A DNA stretch of 64,000 bases, taken from NCBI GenBank assembly GCA_963676395.1, contig OY781066.1:64001-128000 (forward strand), read 5' to 3'. The notes below the pieces were generated by a model. That model saw only the letters and a program-made list of their open reading frames with translations, was not told the DNA's origin and searched no databases. This stretch comes from a bacterium (lineage in GTDB: Bacteria > Fidelibacterota > Fidelibacteria > Fidelibacterales > Fidelibacteraceae). The translations under genes were made by a program, and so were the position numbers. How positions within the stretch are numbered: position 1 is the first letter of the stretch; each line of letters starts with the position of its first letter. Of this stretch, positions 51,580 to 60,936 are shown in pieces.

Positions 51580-52686
51580 ATGATGTTAAAACGTACAACA
51601 TGTTTACTGATCCTTCTATTGGGAGTGTTCAGCTTTGCATTTGCCGGCTTGGGAATCCATGCCGAGGCAGAGATAGGCGAACCGGAAGGCAGCATCGTAA
51701 AGATCAGCCTGACCCCGATTGAAGAAGCCAGTATTTACATTGTCGAAAAAAATACGGGTACACATAAGTGGTTGCCTGTGTTAGAAACTGCCAACATGGA
51801 GTTTGAGACGAATATTGACAATGAAGTTGCCACAACATTTAAGGTAACAGCATTGGACAGTGATCGTAAAATTCTTGCGACTGCAGTATCCGAGGCCGTA
51901 ACCACTCACGCAAAATGGTTCAACCATCTACGTTTGAACCGTTTTATCGCACTAATCGTGATTTGCGGTACCATCTTGTTCTATATTTCACGAGCAAGAA
52001 AGAACAAAAAGATTTATATGCGTCCCGTTGCCGGTCTGCAGGCTTTTGAAGAAGCCGTTGGTCGTGCCACAGAGATGGGGCGTTCGGTACTATTCGTACC
52101 CGGTATTATGGATCTTGATCAGGTTGAAACCATTTCCGGTTTGATCATTCTTGGACACGTTTCAAAAATGACAGCACGTTATGAAGCGGATCTAAATGTT
52201 CCTGTATCTCGTTCTTTGGTAATGGAATCAGGACGCGAAACGGTTCAAGCATCCTATATTTCCGAAGGTCGTCCGGATCTATATTCATCTAACATGGTTC
52301 AGTACTATACCGATGACCAGTTCGCCTTTGCTGCGGCTGTAGATGGTGTAATGCTTCGCGAAAAACCTGCTGCAGTATTTCTGCAGGGCAAGTTTTATGC
52401 GGAATCACTGATCATGGCTGAAACCGGTAACTCTATCGGCGCTATACAGATTGCCGGTACCGGATCACCTTCTCAGATCCCATTTTTTGTTACAGCTTGT
52501 GATTACACTCTTATCGGTGAAGAATTTTTTGCCGCATCAGCTTATCTTGGCGACGATCCTAAGCTTTTAGGTTCGATCAAAGGTCAGGATATTGTAAAAG
52601 GTATCCTTATAGCTGCAATCGGCTTGGGTGTAATTCTTGAAACATTTAATTTAAATTTCTTTAAAAACCTGTTCGCAGGGTCATAA
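51580..52686 (+). CDS. DUF6754-type membrane protein with periplasmic FN3/Ig-like N-domain
   Basis: Signal peptide, beta-rich domain, TM, then RPVAGL.A.EEAVGRATEMGR...FYAESL..AETG...QIPFF..ACDYTLIGEE.FAASAY, C-terminal TM. Confidence 0.85.
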   Translation: MMLKRTTCLLILLLGVFSFAFAGLGIHAEAEIGEPEGSIVKISLTPIEEASIYIVEKNTGTHKWLPVLETANMEFETNIDNEVATTFKVTALDSDRKILATAVSEAVTTHAKWFNHLRLNRFIALIVICGTILFYISRARKNKKIYMRPVAGLQAFEEAVGRATEMGRSVLFVPGIMDLDQVETISGLIILGHVSKMTARYEADLNVPVSRSLVMESGRETVQASYISEGRPDLYSSNMVQYYTDDQFAFAAAVDGVMLREKPAAVFLQGKFYAESLIMAETGNSIGAIQIAGTGSPSQIPFFVTACDYTLIGEEFFAASAYLGDDPKLLGSIKGQDIVKGILIAAIGLGVILETFNLNFFKNLFAGS

Positions 52687-52702
52687 ATAAGAGGAAAACA
52701 AC

Positions 52703-53632
52703 ATGTTTTGGAAAAGAACAATTCCAGCTATCATTGTTGCTGCAGTCGGTGTGATCATGCTGCTGTCATGGTTCATCCCTCATGAACCTTTTGGTTCGCT
52801 TGAGACCCATGCGACACAATGGTACGATATCATCGCAAGTTTTGCGATGATCCTCGGAGCTTTAAACTTGCTAAGACTCCAAGGAAATAAAGTCATTAAA
52901 CAAAAGAAAGGTTGGCCTTATGCCTTAGCAGCCGTCATTGCCTTCTTTATGACATTAACCTTTGGCTTTGTTGTTAAAGGTGGATTTTATCCCAACATAA
53001 CATCAGTTGGTGATAATCCCGAAGCCGTATATCTAAAAATCGCTCAAGTGATCGATACAGACGGAAACGTTAGTGAAGAAGATGTTGCCGAAGTTCGCGC
53101 TTTGTATGCAATCCCCGGTCCCGATGGAGAAAAAGTACTTCTTCATAAGGCCGTTGTCTCTAAAAGAATGGCTCAAAAAGTCGTTGATGAATTAAATACT
53201 CTAGGTGCTACAGCTTCGGTGGGTGAATTAAAATGGGGCTCTCATGTTCAAGGTAATAAAACATACTACAGCTGGGTATTCTACTCATTCTTCACTCCCC
53301 TATCAGCAACGATGTTTGCTTTATTAGCTTTCTTTGTTGCCTCAGCTTCTTACCGTGCATTCAAAATACGTAATGCTGAAGCAACGGTTTTACTGGTTTC
53401 CGGTATCCTTATCATGCTTGGTCGTGTTCCTTTAGGTGCATATCTAACAGCATGGACACAAAACATTCCATGGCTATCCTGGTTCCATTTACCGGTAATA
53501 CAGGAATGGTTATATCAGTACCCGAATGCCGCAGGTGCCCGTGCCATTATGATCGGTATCGGTCTTGGTATCGTTGGTACATCACTTCGCGTGATCCTCG
53601 GTATTGAAAAATCATTCATGGGAGGTGATTAA
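52703..53632 (+). CDS. Multi-TM hypothetical protein with an L7/L12-CTD-like inserted domain
   Basis: PLSATMFALLAFFVASASYRAF, LIMLGRVP, PNAAGARAIMIG..LG....LR..LGIE; hydrophilic insertion at about aa 92-187. Confidence 0.8.
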   Translation: MFWKRTIPAIIVAAVGVIMLLSWFIPHEPFGSLETHATQWYDIIASFAMILGALNLLRLQGNKVIKQKKGWPYALAAVIAFFMTLTFGFVVKGGFYPNITSVGDNPEAVYLKIAQVIDTDGNVSEEDVAEVRALYAIPGPDGEKVLLHKAVVSKRMAQKVVDELNTLGATASVGELKWGSHVQGNKTYYSWVFYSFFTPLSATMFALLAFFVASASYRAFKIRNAEATVLLVSGILIMLGRVPLGAYLTAWTQNIPWLSWFHLPVIQEWLYQYPNAAGARAIMIGIGLGIVGTSLRVILGIEKSFMGGD

Positions 53633-53633
53633 A

Positions 53634-54602
53634 ATGGCTAAAAACAGATCAAAAGCATATACGAATTTAAGCAATAATTTTAAAGACATTCTTGAAAAGT
53701 TCGTAAACTTTCTTGCTAAATTGGACGGTCTTGATCGCCGAATCATCTTCTTGATTATTGGCCTTGTAGTGCTCTTCCCTCTCCTTGTTCCACTGGGTTT
53801 ACCCATTGAAACAACACAGTTGACCGAAGATGCTTTCTACGCTATCGATGAACTACCTACAGATGCCAAAGTATTGGTGTCATTTGAATACGGTCCTTCG
53901 ACCAAACCCGAGATTCACCCTATGGCTATTTCCGTACTACGTCACCTTTTCTCTAAAGGTAACAAAGTTGTAGTAATGTGCCTGTGGCCTGACGGGTTAT
54001 TTATGGCTAATGAAGCTCTAGATCTCGTAGCTAATAAAGAATTTGGACTTAAATATGGTGTTGATTATGTGAACCTCGGCTACCGTCCCGGCAACGAAGC
54101 GATCATTAAAGGTATTACAAAGAGTTTTAAAGCTAACTTTTCTATCGACTCAAAGGGTACCAACATCACAGAGATTCCCATTATGCACGATGTACAGACA
54201 GCTAAAGATGTTGATTTCATCTTCTCATTGTCTGCCGGTTATCCCGGAGCCATCGAATGGGTTCTATATGCCGGTGATCCTCTGCAAGTCCCCGTATCCA
54301 GTGGTAATACGTCCATTCAGGTCAACCAGTTACTTCCTTATGTGAAGTCCGGGCAAATGAGAGGTATTGTTGCAGGTATGCCGGGTGCGGCAGAATATGA
54401 GACTATGGTCATTCGTAAACTCGAAGAGAACATTGGTCCTATTACAGATCACGCAAGAACACTATTACCTAACTTCAAAGAAAGACGAAATGCAACAAAG
54501 TTCATGGATGCGCAATCCATTGCTCACCTTGTGATCGTTCTTTTTATTATCCTGGGTAATATTTCATTTCTTGTTAAACGTAAAAAACAGAAAAAATACT
54601 AG
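53634..54602 (+). CDS. Hypothetical membrane-anchored protein of the DUF6754-type operon
   Basis: GGAGGTGA RBS before MAKNRS; DRRIIF-TM, EYGPSTKPEIHP, YGVDYVNLGY, PYVKSGQ..G..AG..GAAEYE, MDAQS.AH-TM. Confidence 0.85.
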   Translation: MAKNRSKAYTNLSNNFKDILEKFVNFLAKLDGLDRRIIFLIIGLVVLFPLLVPLGLPIETTQLTEDAFYAIDELPTDAKVLVSFEYGPSTKPEIHPMAISVLRHLFSKGNKVVVMCLWPDGLFMANEALDLVANKEFGLKYGVDYVNLGYRPGNEAIIKGITKSFKANFSIDSKGTNITEIPIMHDVQTAKDVDFIFSLSAGYPGAIEWVLYAGDPLQVPVSSGNTSIQVNQLLPYVKSGQMRGIVAGMPGAAEYETMVIRKLEENIGPITDHARTLLPNFKERRNATKFMDAQSIAHLVIVLFIILGNISFLVKRKKQKKY

Positions 54603-54612
54603 GAGGTAATTC

Positions 54613-55452
54613 ATGTATATAGGAATTTTAGGTGCATGGATCGCCGTCTTTTTGACATTATCCATCTTGAGTTATCTCTATGAAGACAATGTCTTCTATA
54701 AGCTGGCAGAGCACATCTTTGTTGGTGTTTCTGCTGCACACTGGGCAACCATTGCTTTTTGGAACCAGGTACAGCCTAACCTATTTGGTCGTTTATGGCC
54801 ACAAGCGGAAGTTGCTTCACTTGAAGGTTTCCAAAAGTTTTGGTATGGTATTTACCACGGTCTGCATGCTGTTTTCGGTAAGATATTTCCCGAAGCTACT
54901 GTAAACGGAGTTCTGTATCGTGGTATTGGTGATCAGCCTCAAAACCTCAGCTACCTTTTTGCTTTTGTTTTGGGAGTATTTATGCTTTTCCGCCTTATCC
55001 CTAAGATTGGTTGGCTAAGTCGCTGGTCATTAGCATACGTTATTGGTATGGCTGCCGGTCTTCGTCTTTATGGTTACATGAGTTCGGATGTTATCGGTCA
55101 GGTACACGCAACGATGTTGCCATTATGGACAGGTAATCTCGGTTCAAGTATCAACAATATCATCTTGATCGTAGGTGTATTGACCGGACTATTCTATTTC
55201 TTCTTCTCTGTAGAACACAAAGGCGCGCTGAAAGTTGTATCCAGGATCGGTATTTACTTCCTGATGATCTACTTTGGTGCATCATTCGGTTTTGCCGTTA
55301 TGGGTCGTATTTCATTGCTTATCGGTCGTTTTAATGACCTTATCCTTTATTCAGGGAAAGAGTACGGATTCGCTACGCCCATCATTCTTATCTTGATGAT
55401 CGTAGTTCTCGTTCTCACCACAAGAAAGAAAAAGCCTGAAGAAGAAGTCTAG
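54613..55452 (+). CDS. Multi-TM hypothetical protein, last gene of the operon
   Basis: LTLSILSYLYEDN..YKLAEHIFVG, W.SRW, YFFFS.EHKG, FGASFGFAVMGRISLLIGR. Confidence 0.85.
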   Translation: MYIGILGAWIAVFLTLSILSYLYEDNVFYKLAEHIFVGVSAAHWATIAFWNQVQPNLFGRLWPQAEVASLEGFQKFWYGIYHGLHAVFGKIFPEATVNGVLYRGIGDQPQNLSYLFAFVLGVFMLFRLIPKIGWLSRWSLAYVIGMAAGLRLYGYMSSDVIGQVHATMLPLWTGNLGSSINNIILIVGVLTGLFYFFFSVEHKGALKVVSRIGIYFLMIYFGASFGFAVMGRISLLIGRFNDLILYSGKEYGFATPIILILMIVVLVLTTRKKKPEEEV

Positions 55453-55501
55453 TCATAGACGAATAAGTGATTAATCAATTAATCGACTTATGATTCAAAT
55501 A

Positions 55502-55537
55502 AATAAAAACCTCGAAGAAATTCGGGGTTTTTTATTT
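55502..55537 (+). terminator. Intrinsic terminator of the membrane operon
   Basis: AAAAACCTCGAA-GAAA-TTCGGGGTTTTTT. Confidence 0.85.
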
Positions 55538-55713
55538 CCAACCTTAATGCTATTTAGCTGAAATCATCTCAATGTAAATATTGCTTTAATCCAATTTGTC
55601 ATTCACTCATTTAAATATTAATTTCCCTATTACGCCTATATTATTAACTGCATGAAATATTATTTCCGAATTTCATGTCATTTTATTATTTTTATACATT
55701 AAATGGAATAAAC

Positions 55714-56121
55714 ATGAAAACACTCAAATTCACACTTTCTACCCACAGTAGAACTTCCTTTACGGACATTACTCGTCAACTTCAAAGCATTCTTGATAAA
55801 AACAATTGCAATAGCGGGATCATGTGTGTGTTTACAACACATACAACCGCCGCTATTACCATCAATGAAAATGCGGACCCAAATGTACAACATGACCTAA
55901 AATATAAGCTAAACGATATGATTCCCAAAAATGAAACACCATATCGACACGCCGAAGGAAATAGTGACAGTCACATGAAGTCATCTCTCTTTTCACCATC
56001 CTTATCTTTGATCTATGAAAAGGGTAAACTTTTATTGGGGATTTGGCAGGCCGTTTATTTTTGTGAGTTTGACGGCCCCAGAAACAGGCAATATTTTGTA
56101 AAAATAATTGAAGATCAATAG
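55714..56121 (+). CDS. yjbQ: YjbQ/UPF0047 family protein
   Basis: HTTAAITINENADP, YRHAEGNSDSHMKSS, LGIWQ..YFCEFDGPR.R. Confidence 0.93.
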   Translation: MKTLKFTLSTHSRTSFTDITRQLQSILDKNNCNSGIMCVFTTHTTAAITINENADPNVQHDLKYKLNDMIPKNETPYRHAEGNSDSHMKSSLFSPSLSLIYEKGKLLLGIWQAVYFCEFDGPRNRQYFVKIIEDQ

Positions 56122-56425
56122 AACGAAATTATTAAAAAATATATTGATCCTGACTATTACAATACTTCGCCTTTCACTTCCTATTTTTGCTGACTCTAGC
56201 CATAATAATAACATATAAATCATTGTTGAATGCGATATATATGTGGCTTTTAAACCGGGAAATGCCATGCAACTAAGTTATTCTATTCTTAAAATTATCA
56301 GTTTGGGTGCTATGGCCGGTATAGTGTTAATGTTCGCTTATGGTCAAGGATATCAGGGGGATAGTTTGGAACTATATGCCGGATTACCCTTTGAAAAATA
56401 TCCAAAATATACAAGTGGCTTTTGA
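56108..56425 (+). pseudogene. Possible decayed exported-protein gene with an internal stop
   Basis: TTG at 56108 gives signal-like MKINRTKLLKNILILTITILRLSLPIFA-DSS; TAA at 56216; the same frame continues into ORF 56243-56425. Confidence 0.4.
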
Positions 56426-56450
56426 CTCATCTTTTTTGATACAAGTAAAA

Positions 56451-56474
56451 AGAGACGCAAAATCTTGCGTCTCT
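56451..56474. repeat. REP-like palindrome / bidirectional terminator
   Basis: AGAGACGCAA-AATC-TTGCGTCTCT between convergent genes. Confidence 0.7.
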
Positions 56475-56500
56475 ATAAATCTATATTAAATTGTTATCAG

Positions 56501-59500
56501 TTATTTCAACAATAACATCTTAGATGAAGCTTGAAAATCACCGGCAATCATTTTATATACATAAACACCACTTGGAAAAGCCGCCGCATTAAATGTGATA
56601 GTATGATAACCCGGATTTTGCAATCCATCAACAAGCGTTGTTACAAATTTTCCATTGATATCAAACAATGAAATAGTCACATTTTCAGCACTTGGTATAG
56701 AATAATTGATCCGAGTAATCGGGTTAAACGGATTTGGATAATTTCCGGATAGTTCAAATTCGGTAGGAATATCCACGGATTCAAGTTCAATATCAATATA
56801 ATAAGTGAGTGTATCCGAGTTTGTAAACAATCCGGCTTTATCAATAGCAGAGACACTCCAAAAATACTCTCTCCTATTCCCCATTCTTCGATCATCGGAA
56901 AATGTTTTTGATGTTGACAAAGAATAATCATAGGATGAACCGGTATACCAATAATTCATTTTATACGAAACTTCATCACCCGGATCGGGATCTACCGCTT
57001 CAGTCCATTCAAAATATGGATAACGGGTTGTTTGATATGAATTATGGTTAGGACTCAATTGTCGTGGAGCCGAAGGAGCTTCATTATAAGTATTCACATA
57101 TAAATCTCTGATACTCGAAGATCTTTTAACAGCTCCGGACATATCTATAACATCGACATACCATTTATAAGCAGCGTTCTCTATCAAATCATATGATAGT
57201 TCACATTCTGGCTCTATGCCTATATGGACACATTCAACACTGTCCAATGAAGATCCAATATACAACTTATAAATCAAGCTATCACCGGGATCCTTATCTA
57301 CGGCTTCTTCCCAAGAAAATATCGGCTTCAGGGTATCGGAAATAAAACCATTTTCGGGTGCTATCAATTCAAAATCCAATGGTGGTACATTTGAGGCATT
57401 GATCGTAAAAGTACTGATTTTTGAAACATAAGATATTGTCCCATCAGAACTATTCAAAAACACCTTACAATATACATTTTTATTTTCCGGCAAGTCCCTT
57501 GTTAGCGTGCAATATGTAGGGGAAGCAGGGAATAAATATAATGAGTCGGGATCACTAAATTCAGGTGTAATATCAAACATCACTTCAGCTTGCGCATTTA
57601 TCGGCGCCATCTCCCATGTAATCGTAGGACGATTGGTTCTCAATATATCAAAACAATTTGGACTATTTATATCAAAATCACCTGTATTCTCATGAATCGT
57701 GATCATATCACTTTTAACTTTATTTTGATTTATACCACCGGTTTCTGCCATTAGTGTAATACTATAATTATCGGTGTTACTAAATACATGAACAGCGCTA
57801 TCGCCTTCGGCGCTTGTGCCGTCCCCAAAATTCCATATATAATTATAATGACCTTCACTGATTGGAGAATCCACCCAGAATTTTACCTCAAATCCGGGGT
57901 AACCATTTGTATAATCGGAAGTAAAATCTAAATTCTGGACTTCTACCGGTTCCCACCTCATGGCATCAAAAGCCAGTTTTTCACTGCCTACTCCGGTAGA
58001 ATCGCCCAAATATACATAATCCGATCCATCGTTTCTAAACATATATTTACCTAGGGACACCCACTCGTCATTATATGCGGATTGATCGATCATAACATGT
58101 CGTTTACCGGCAGCATGATGAATACGATAAAGAGCACCCGTGGCTTCAGCATTAGCGGGTATATAAGCAAATATTTCATAATACGATGCAGAATCAACAT
58201 TCGGCGTCCAGGTTACATAACACCGATCACTTTCATCGGCCTCGGAATAGGTCCACCAATGATGACCATCATATCCACTTAGCGAACTATGATAATGACG
58301 CATAGGAACCGTATTTCCTTCGGCTTTCATATAAAAACCATCCTTAAACTGCTTATCATCAATAACAGAATCAGGATATTCAGGCATATTATAAGAAGTA
58401 GCAATACACCAGGGCATGCTTGTATAACCACTATAAGCATAATTTAAACTAGCGTGACCATGATTATAGCCGGGCCAATCATAATAAACGGCATCACCAT
58501 AATAATTCGGCCAAGAAGAGCTATTTCTATCTCCATAAGGATCATTTGCAATAATTGTTCTTTGACCACTTGATACACGACCAAGTCCTACAATAAGGTG
58601 ACCACTTCCTGATAAATAGTTACATATAGAATATGGATGCTTCTTATCTATTTCGTTTCTTACCGTAGTCCAGTTAGTACTCCAGGTTTGATGTGCGGGC
58701 ACACCGTGTTTTTCATAGTAGCTGGCCATTTTGGAATTAGGTGAACCTCCTGACCACATATATCCCATACCCCCATAACATGTGTAACAATAGGATTGAC
58801 TGCTATTACAATCTCTGTATGAGGAATCGAAATAGTAGCCATTATAATAATAACGTTCATGAACATAAGCACCGTAGTTACTCAGATTCCCAAAACCTGA
58901 TACAAAAGGCCATTCAGGAATACGCTTATAATAAGCCAAAACCATTGCAGCCGTTGTAGGAGCACAAGATGAATAACCTCTTTGACCCGGGGTATCATAC
59001 ACTTGGTTCACATAAGGAACACTTAAAAATGTATCGGCCGCAGAAGCCTCATAAGCAAATGTTTTCGCTTCGGTCTGTAGCTCAATTCGCGTTTCATTAT
59101 TCTTAAAAAGACGATTTTCGCTTTGAGTATTTTTTATCTTTCCATCGGTATAAATGATAAGTTCACTATTCTTGTTATAGAAAGCTTGATCCTTAATACC
59201 CAAGCTCTGCTGAAATACCTGCTCCCCATTTTCCTTGCAAGAAATGAGCTCCCGACTTTCAATAGATGTTTCATCAATTATATTTATTTTTGTATAGGTA
59301 TAATCAGCATTTTGTTTAGACCAATGCAAATCACAGGCAGTACCAAGATCGCGTGAGTTAGCATTTCGATGATCATAGATCATTAAATGGCCATCTAAAG
59401 TCTGAAATGAAATATATCGCGAATCGACTGACCACTGGGGAAAAGCATTACCGTACTTACCTGATGTAATTTGTACCTTTTCTTCTGAATAAAGATCAAG

Positions 59501-59998
59501 AATCCATAATTGATCATGCTCATCATTATAAACGACTTTATTTCCATCAGGTGAGATCGGAGCAATATTTGCGTAAACCCCAATATGGTATTTCCTGGTA
59601 TTATCACCATCTTTAACATAGATGTCATTCCCGATCGTATATGCGATCATCCCATTATTGGAAAATGATATTTGCCCTGCCAAATAGGTATCTTCATGTA
59701 GTTTGATGATTTTCTTTGTTTCTATTTCAAGAAGTGCGGGAGCTTCGAGTCCACCGGGATTTTCCCGATATTTAAATCCCACATATTTTTCATCGGGTGA
59801 AAGTGTAAATAAACGACCGGCTCCCGGAGAAGAAATCAGTTTTTCCGCAACTTCGGCATTCTTGATATAAATAGCCGAATAGAGTGAATCGCTATAAAGA
59901 TATGAATGATCGACGGGAACAATATTCACTGCAGAGAATAAGATTGCCGTGGATACAAGCAAAATAAAGGTAATTCGCTTTGTTAATAATGAAGACAT
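56501..59998 (-). CDS. Secreted multidomain protein: TolB-like propeller, C39-like cysteine peptidase, golvesin-like module, PKD, Ig/FN3 repeats, C-terminal sorting domain
   Basis: SPDG/PQWS propeller repeats; VPYVNQ...SSCAPTTAAMVLAYY...GHLIV...NDPYG; WNFGDG; GNYPNPFNP...SGVYVY. Confidence 0.85.
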   Translation of the reverse strand: MSSLLTKRITFILLVSTAILFSAVNIVPVDHSYLYSDSLYSAIYIKNAEVAEKLISSPGAGRLFTLSPDEKYVGFKYRENPGGLEAPALLEIETKKIIKLHEDTYLAGQISFSNNGMIAYTIGNDIYVKDGDNTRKYHIGVYANIAPISPDGNKVVYNDEHDQLWILDLYSEEKVQITSGKYGNAFPQWSVDSRYISFQTLDGHLMIYDHRNANSRDLGTACDLHWSKQNADYTYTKINIIDETSIESRELISCKENGEQVFQQSLGIKDQAFYNKNSELIIYTDGKIKNTQSENRLFKNNETRIELQTEAKTFAYEASAADTFLSVPYVNQVYDTPGQRGYSSCAPTTAAMVLAYYKRIPEWPFVSGFGNLSNYGAYVHERYYYNGYYFDSSYRDCNSSQSYCYTCYGGMGYMWSGGSPNSKMASYYEKHGVPAHQTWSTNWTTVRNEIDKKHPYSICNYLSGSGHLIVGLGRVSSGQRTIIANDPYGDRNSSSWPNYYGDAVYYDWPGYNHGHASLNYAYSGYTSMPWCIATSYNMPEYPDSVIDDKQFKDGFYMKAEGNTVPMRHYHSSLSGYDGHHWWTYSEADESDRCYVTWTPNVDSASYYEIFAYIPANAEATGALYRIHHAAGKRHVMIDQSAYNDEWVSLGKYMFRNDGSDYVYLGDSTGVGSEKLAFDAMRWEPVEVQNLDFTSDYTNGYPGFEVKFWVDSPISEGHYNYIWNFGDGTSAEGDSAVHVFSNTDNYSITLMAETGGINQNKVKSDMITIHENTGDFDINSPNCFDILRTNRPTITWEMAPINAQAEVMFDITPEFSDPDSLYLFPASPTYCTLTRDLPENKNVYCKVFLNSSDGTISYVSKISTFTINASNVPPLDFELIAPENGFISDTLKPIFSWEEAVDKDPGDSLIYKLYIGSSLDSVECVHIGIEPECELSYDLIENAAYKWYVDVIDMSGAVKRSSSIRDLYVNTYNEAPSAPRQLSPNHNSYQTTRYPYFEWTEAVDPDPGDEVSYKMNYWYTGSSYDYSLSTSKTFSDDRRMGNRREYFWSVSAIDKAGLFTNSDTLTYYIDIELESVDIPTEFELSGNYPNPFNPITRINYSIPSAENVTISLFDINGKFVTTLVDGLQNPGYHTITFNAAAFPSGVYVYKMIAGDFQASSKMLLLK

Positions 59999-60099
59999 GT
60001 ATACTCCCAAAAATTATTAAGTTATTTTCGCTGAATAATACTATATTACAAAACGAAAGTAAACTGTAAATAATATTAATTTCTAAAATAGGATATTTA

Positions 60100-60936
60100 A
60101 TGAAACGCTTATTAATTCTTCTTACACTCGGGACTCTACTATTTGGACAGACCTTTTATCCGGTCGTTACGATCGAAGGGAATAATTTCACTTCAAAAGA
60201 AGATCGCATTGTTGAAGAATTAAAGAATACCATTGAGCAATATATTTCATCAAACAGCTTCAGCAATGAGGTCTATAACCTTCAAGTCCCGTTCAAGATC
60301 AAACTGTACGTAACATCAATCATCCAAGGCTCATCCAAACTCAGCATTACAGCAAATGCATTTTTTTCAAATGGTTACGATCAGCGTTATATTGATAACA
60401 ACTGGTCATTTGAATATACTGAACAAGAAGCCTTATTTAGAGATATGATCTATCATCCCTTAAGGGACATTATTGATTATTACGGTTATTTGATCATGGC
60501 ATCTGAGTTGGATGGAATTGAAGATATGGGAGGTAACTCCTTGTTTGACCAAGCTAATGAGATCTATTCCAGAGGTGTCTCATCGAAATGGAAAAAAGGT
60601 TGGGATAAACGCAAAGAAGATTTTGATAAATTGACCGGTGATTTCAAACTTAGAAAAGCCCGCAACCAATATAATGAGGCCTTATGGTCCATTGATGATG
60701 GCAATGGCACCAAAGCTTGGTATTTACTTGAAGATGCTTTAAACAATCTATGGGAATCCTTGGAACTTGATAATCAAAATAAGTTTTTAAAATTCTTTGT
60801 TGAACAACACTTCAAGGATAGTGATTATTTTGTTCAAATATATCAGGATACCAGTTTACTGCCCCTATTTAGAAAACTCTCACCTAATAATGAAGATTAT
60901 TTTAATTCAATAGCCATGCCATTCGTTACAGAATAG
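60100..60936 (+). CDS. DUF4835 (PorD-like) exported protein
   Basis: Signal peptide; D..W.F.Y, PL...IDYY.YLI.A.ELD, G...F..A..I. Confidence 0.65.
   Translation: MKRLLILLTLGTLLFGQTFYPVVTIEGNNFTSKEDRIVEELKNTIEQYISSNSFSNEVYNLQVPFKIKLYVTSIIQGSSKLSITANAFFSNGYDQRYIDNNWSFEYTEQEALFRDMIYHPLRDIIDYYGYLIMASELDGIEDMGGNSLFDQANEIYSRGVSSKWKKGWDKRKEDFDKLTGDFKLRKARNQYNEALWSIDDGNGTKAWYLLEDALNNLWESLELDNQNKFLKFFVEQHFKDSDYFVQIYQDTSLLPLFRKLSPNNEDYFNSIAMPFVTE

Noticed and set aside
52976..53263. A true rplL (L7/L12) gene
   Set aside because: The segment is in-frame within a polytopic membrane protein and lacks the L12 N-terminal domain and the GLKEAK motif.
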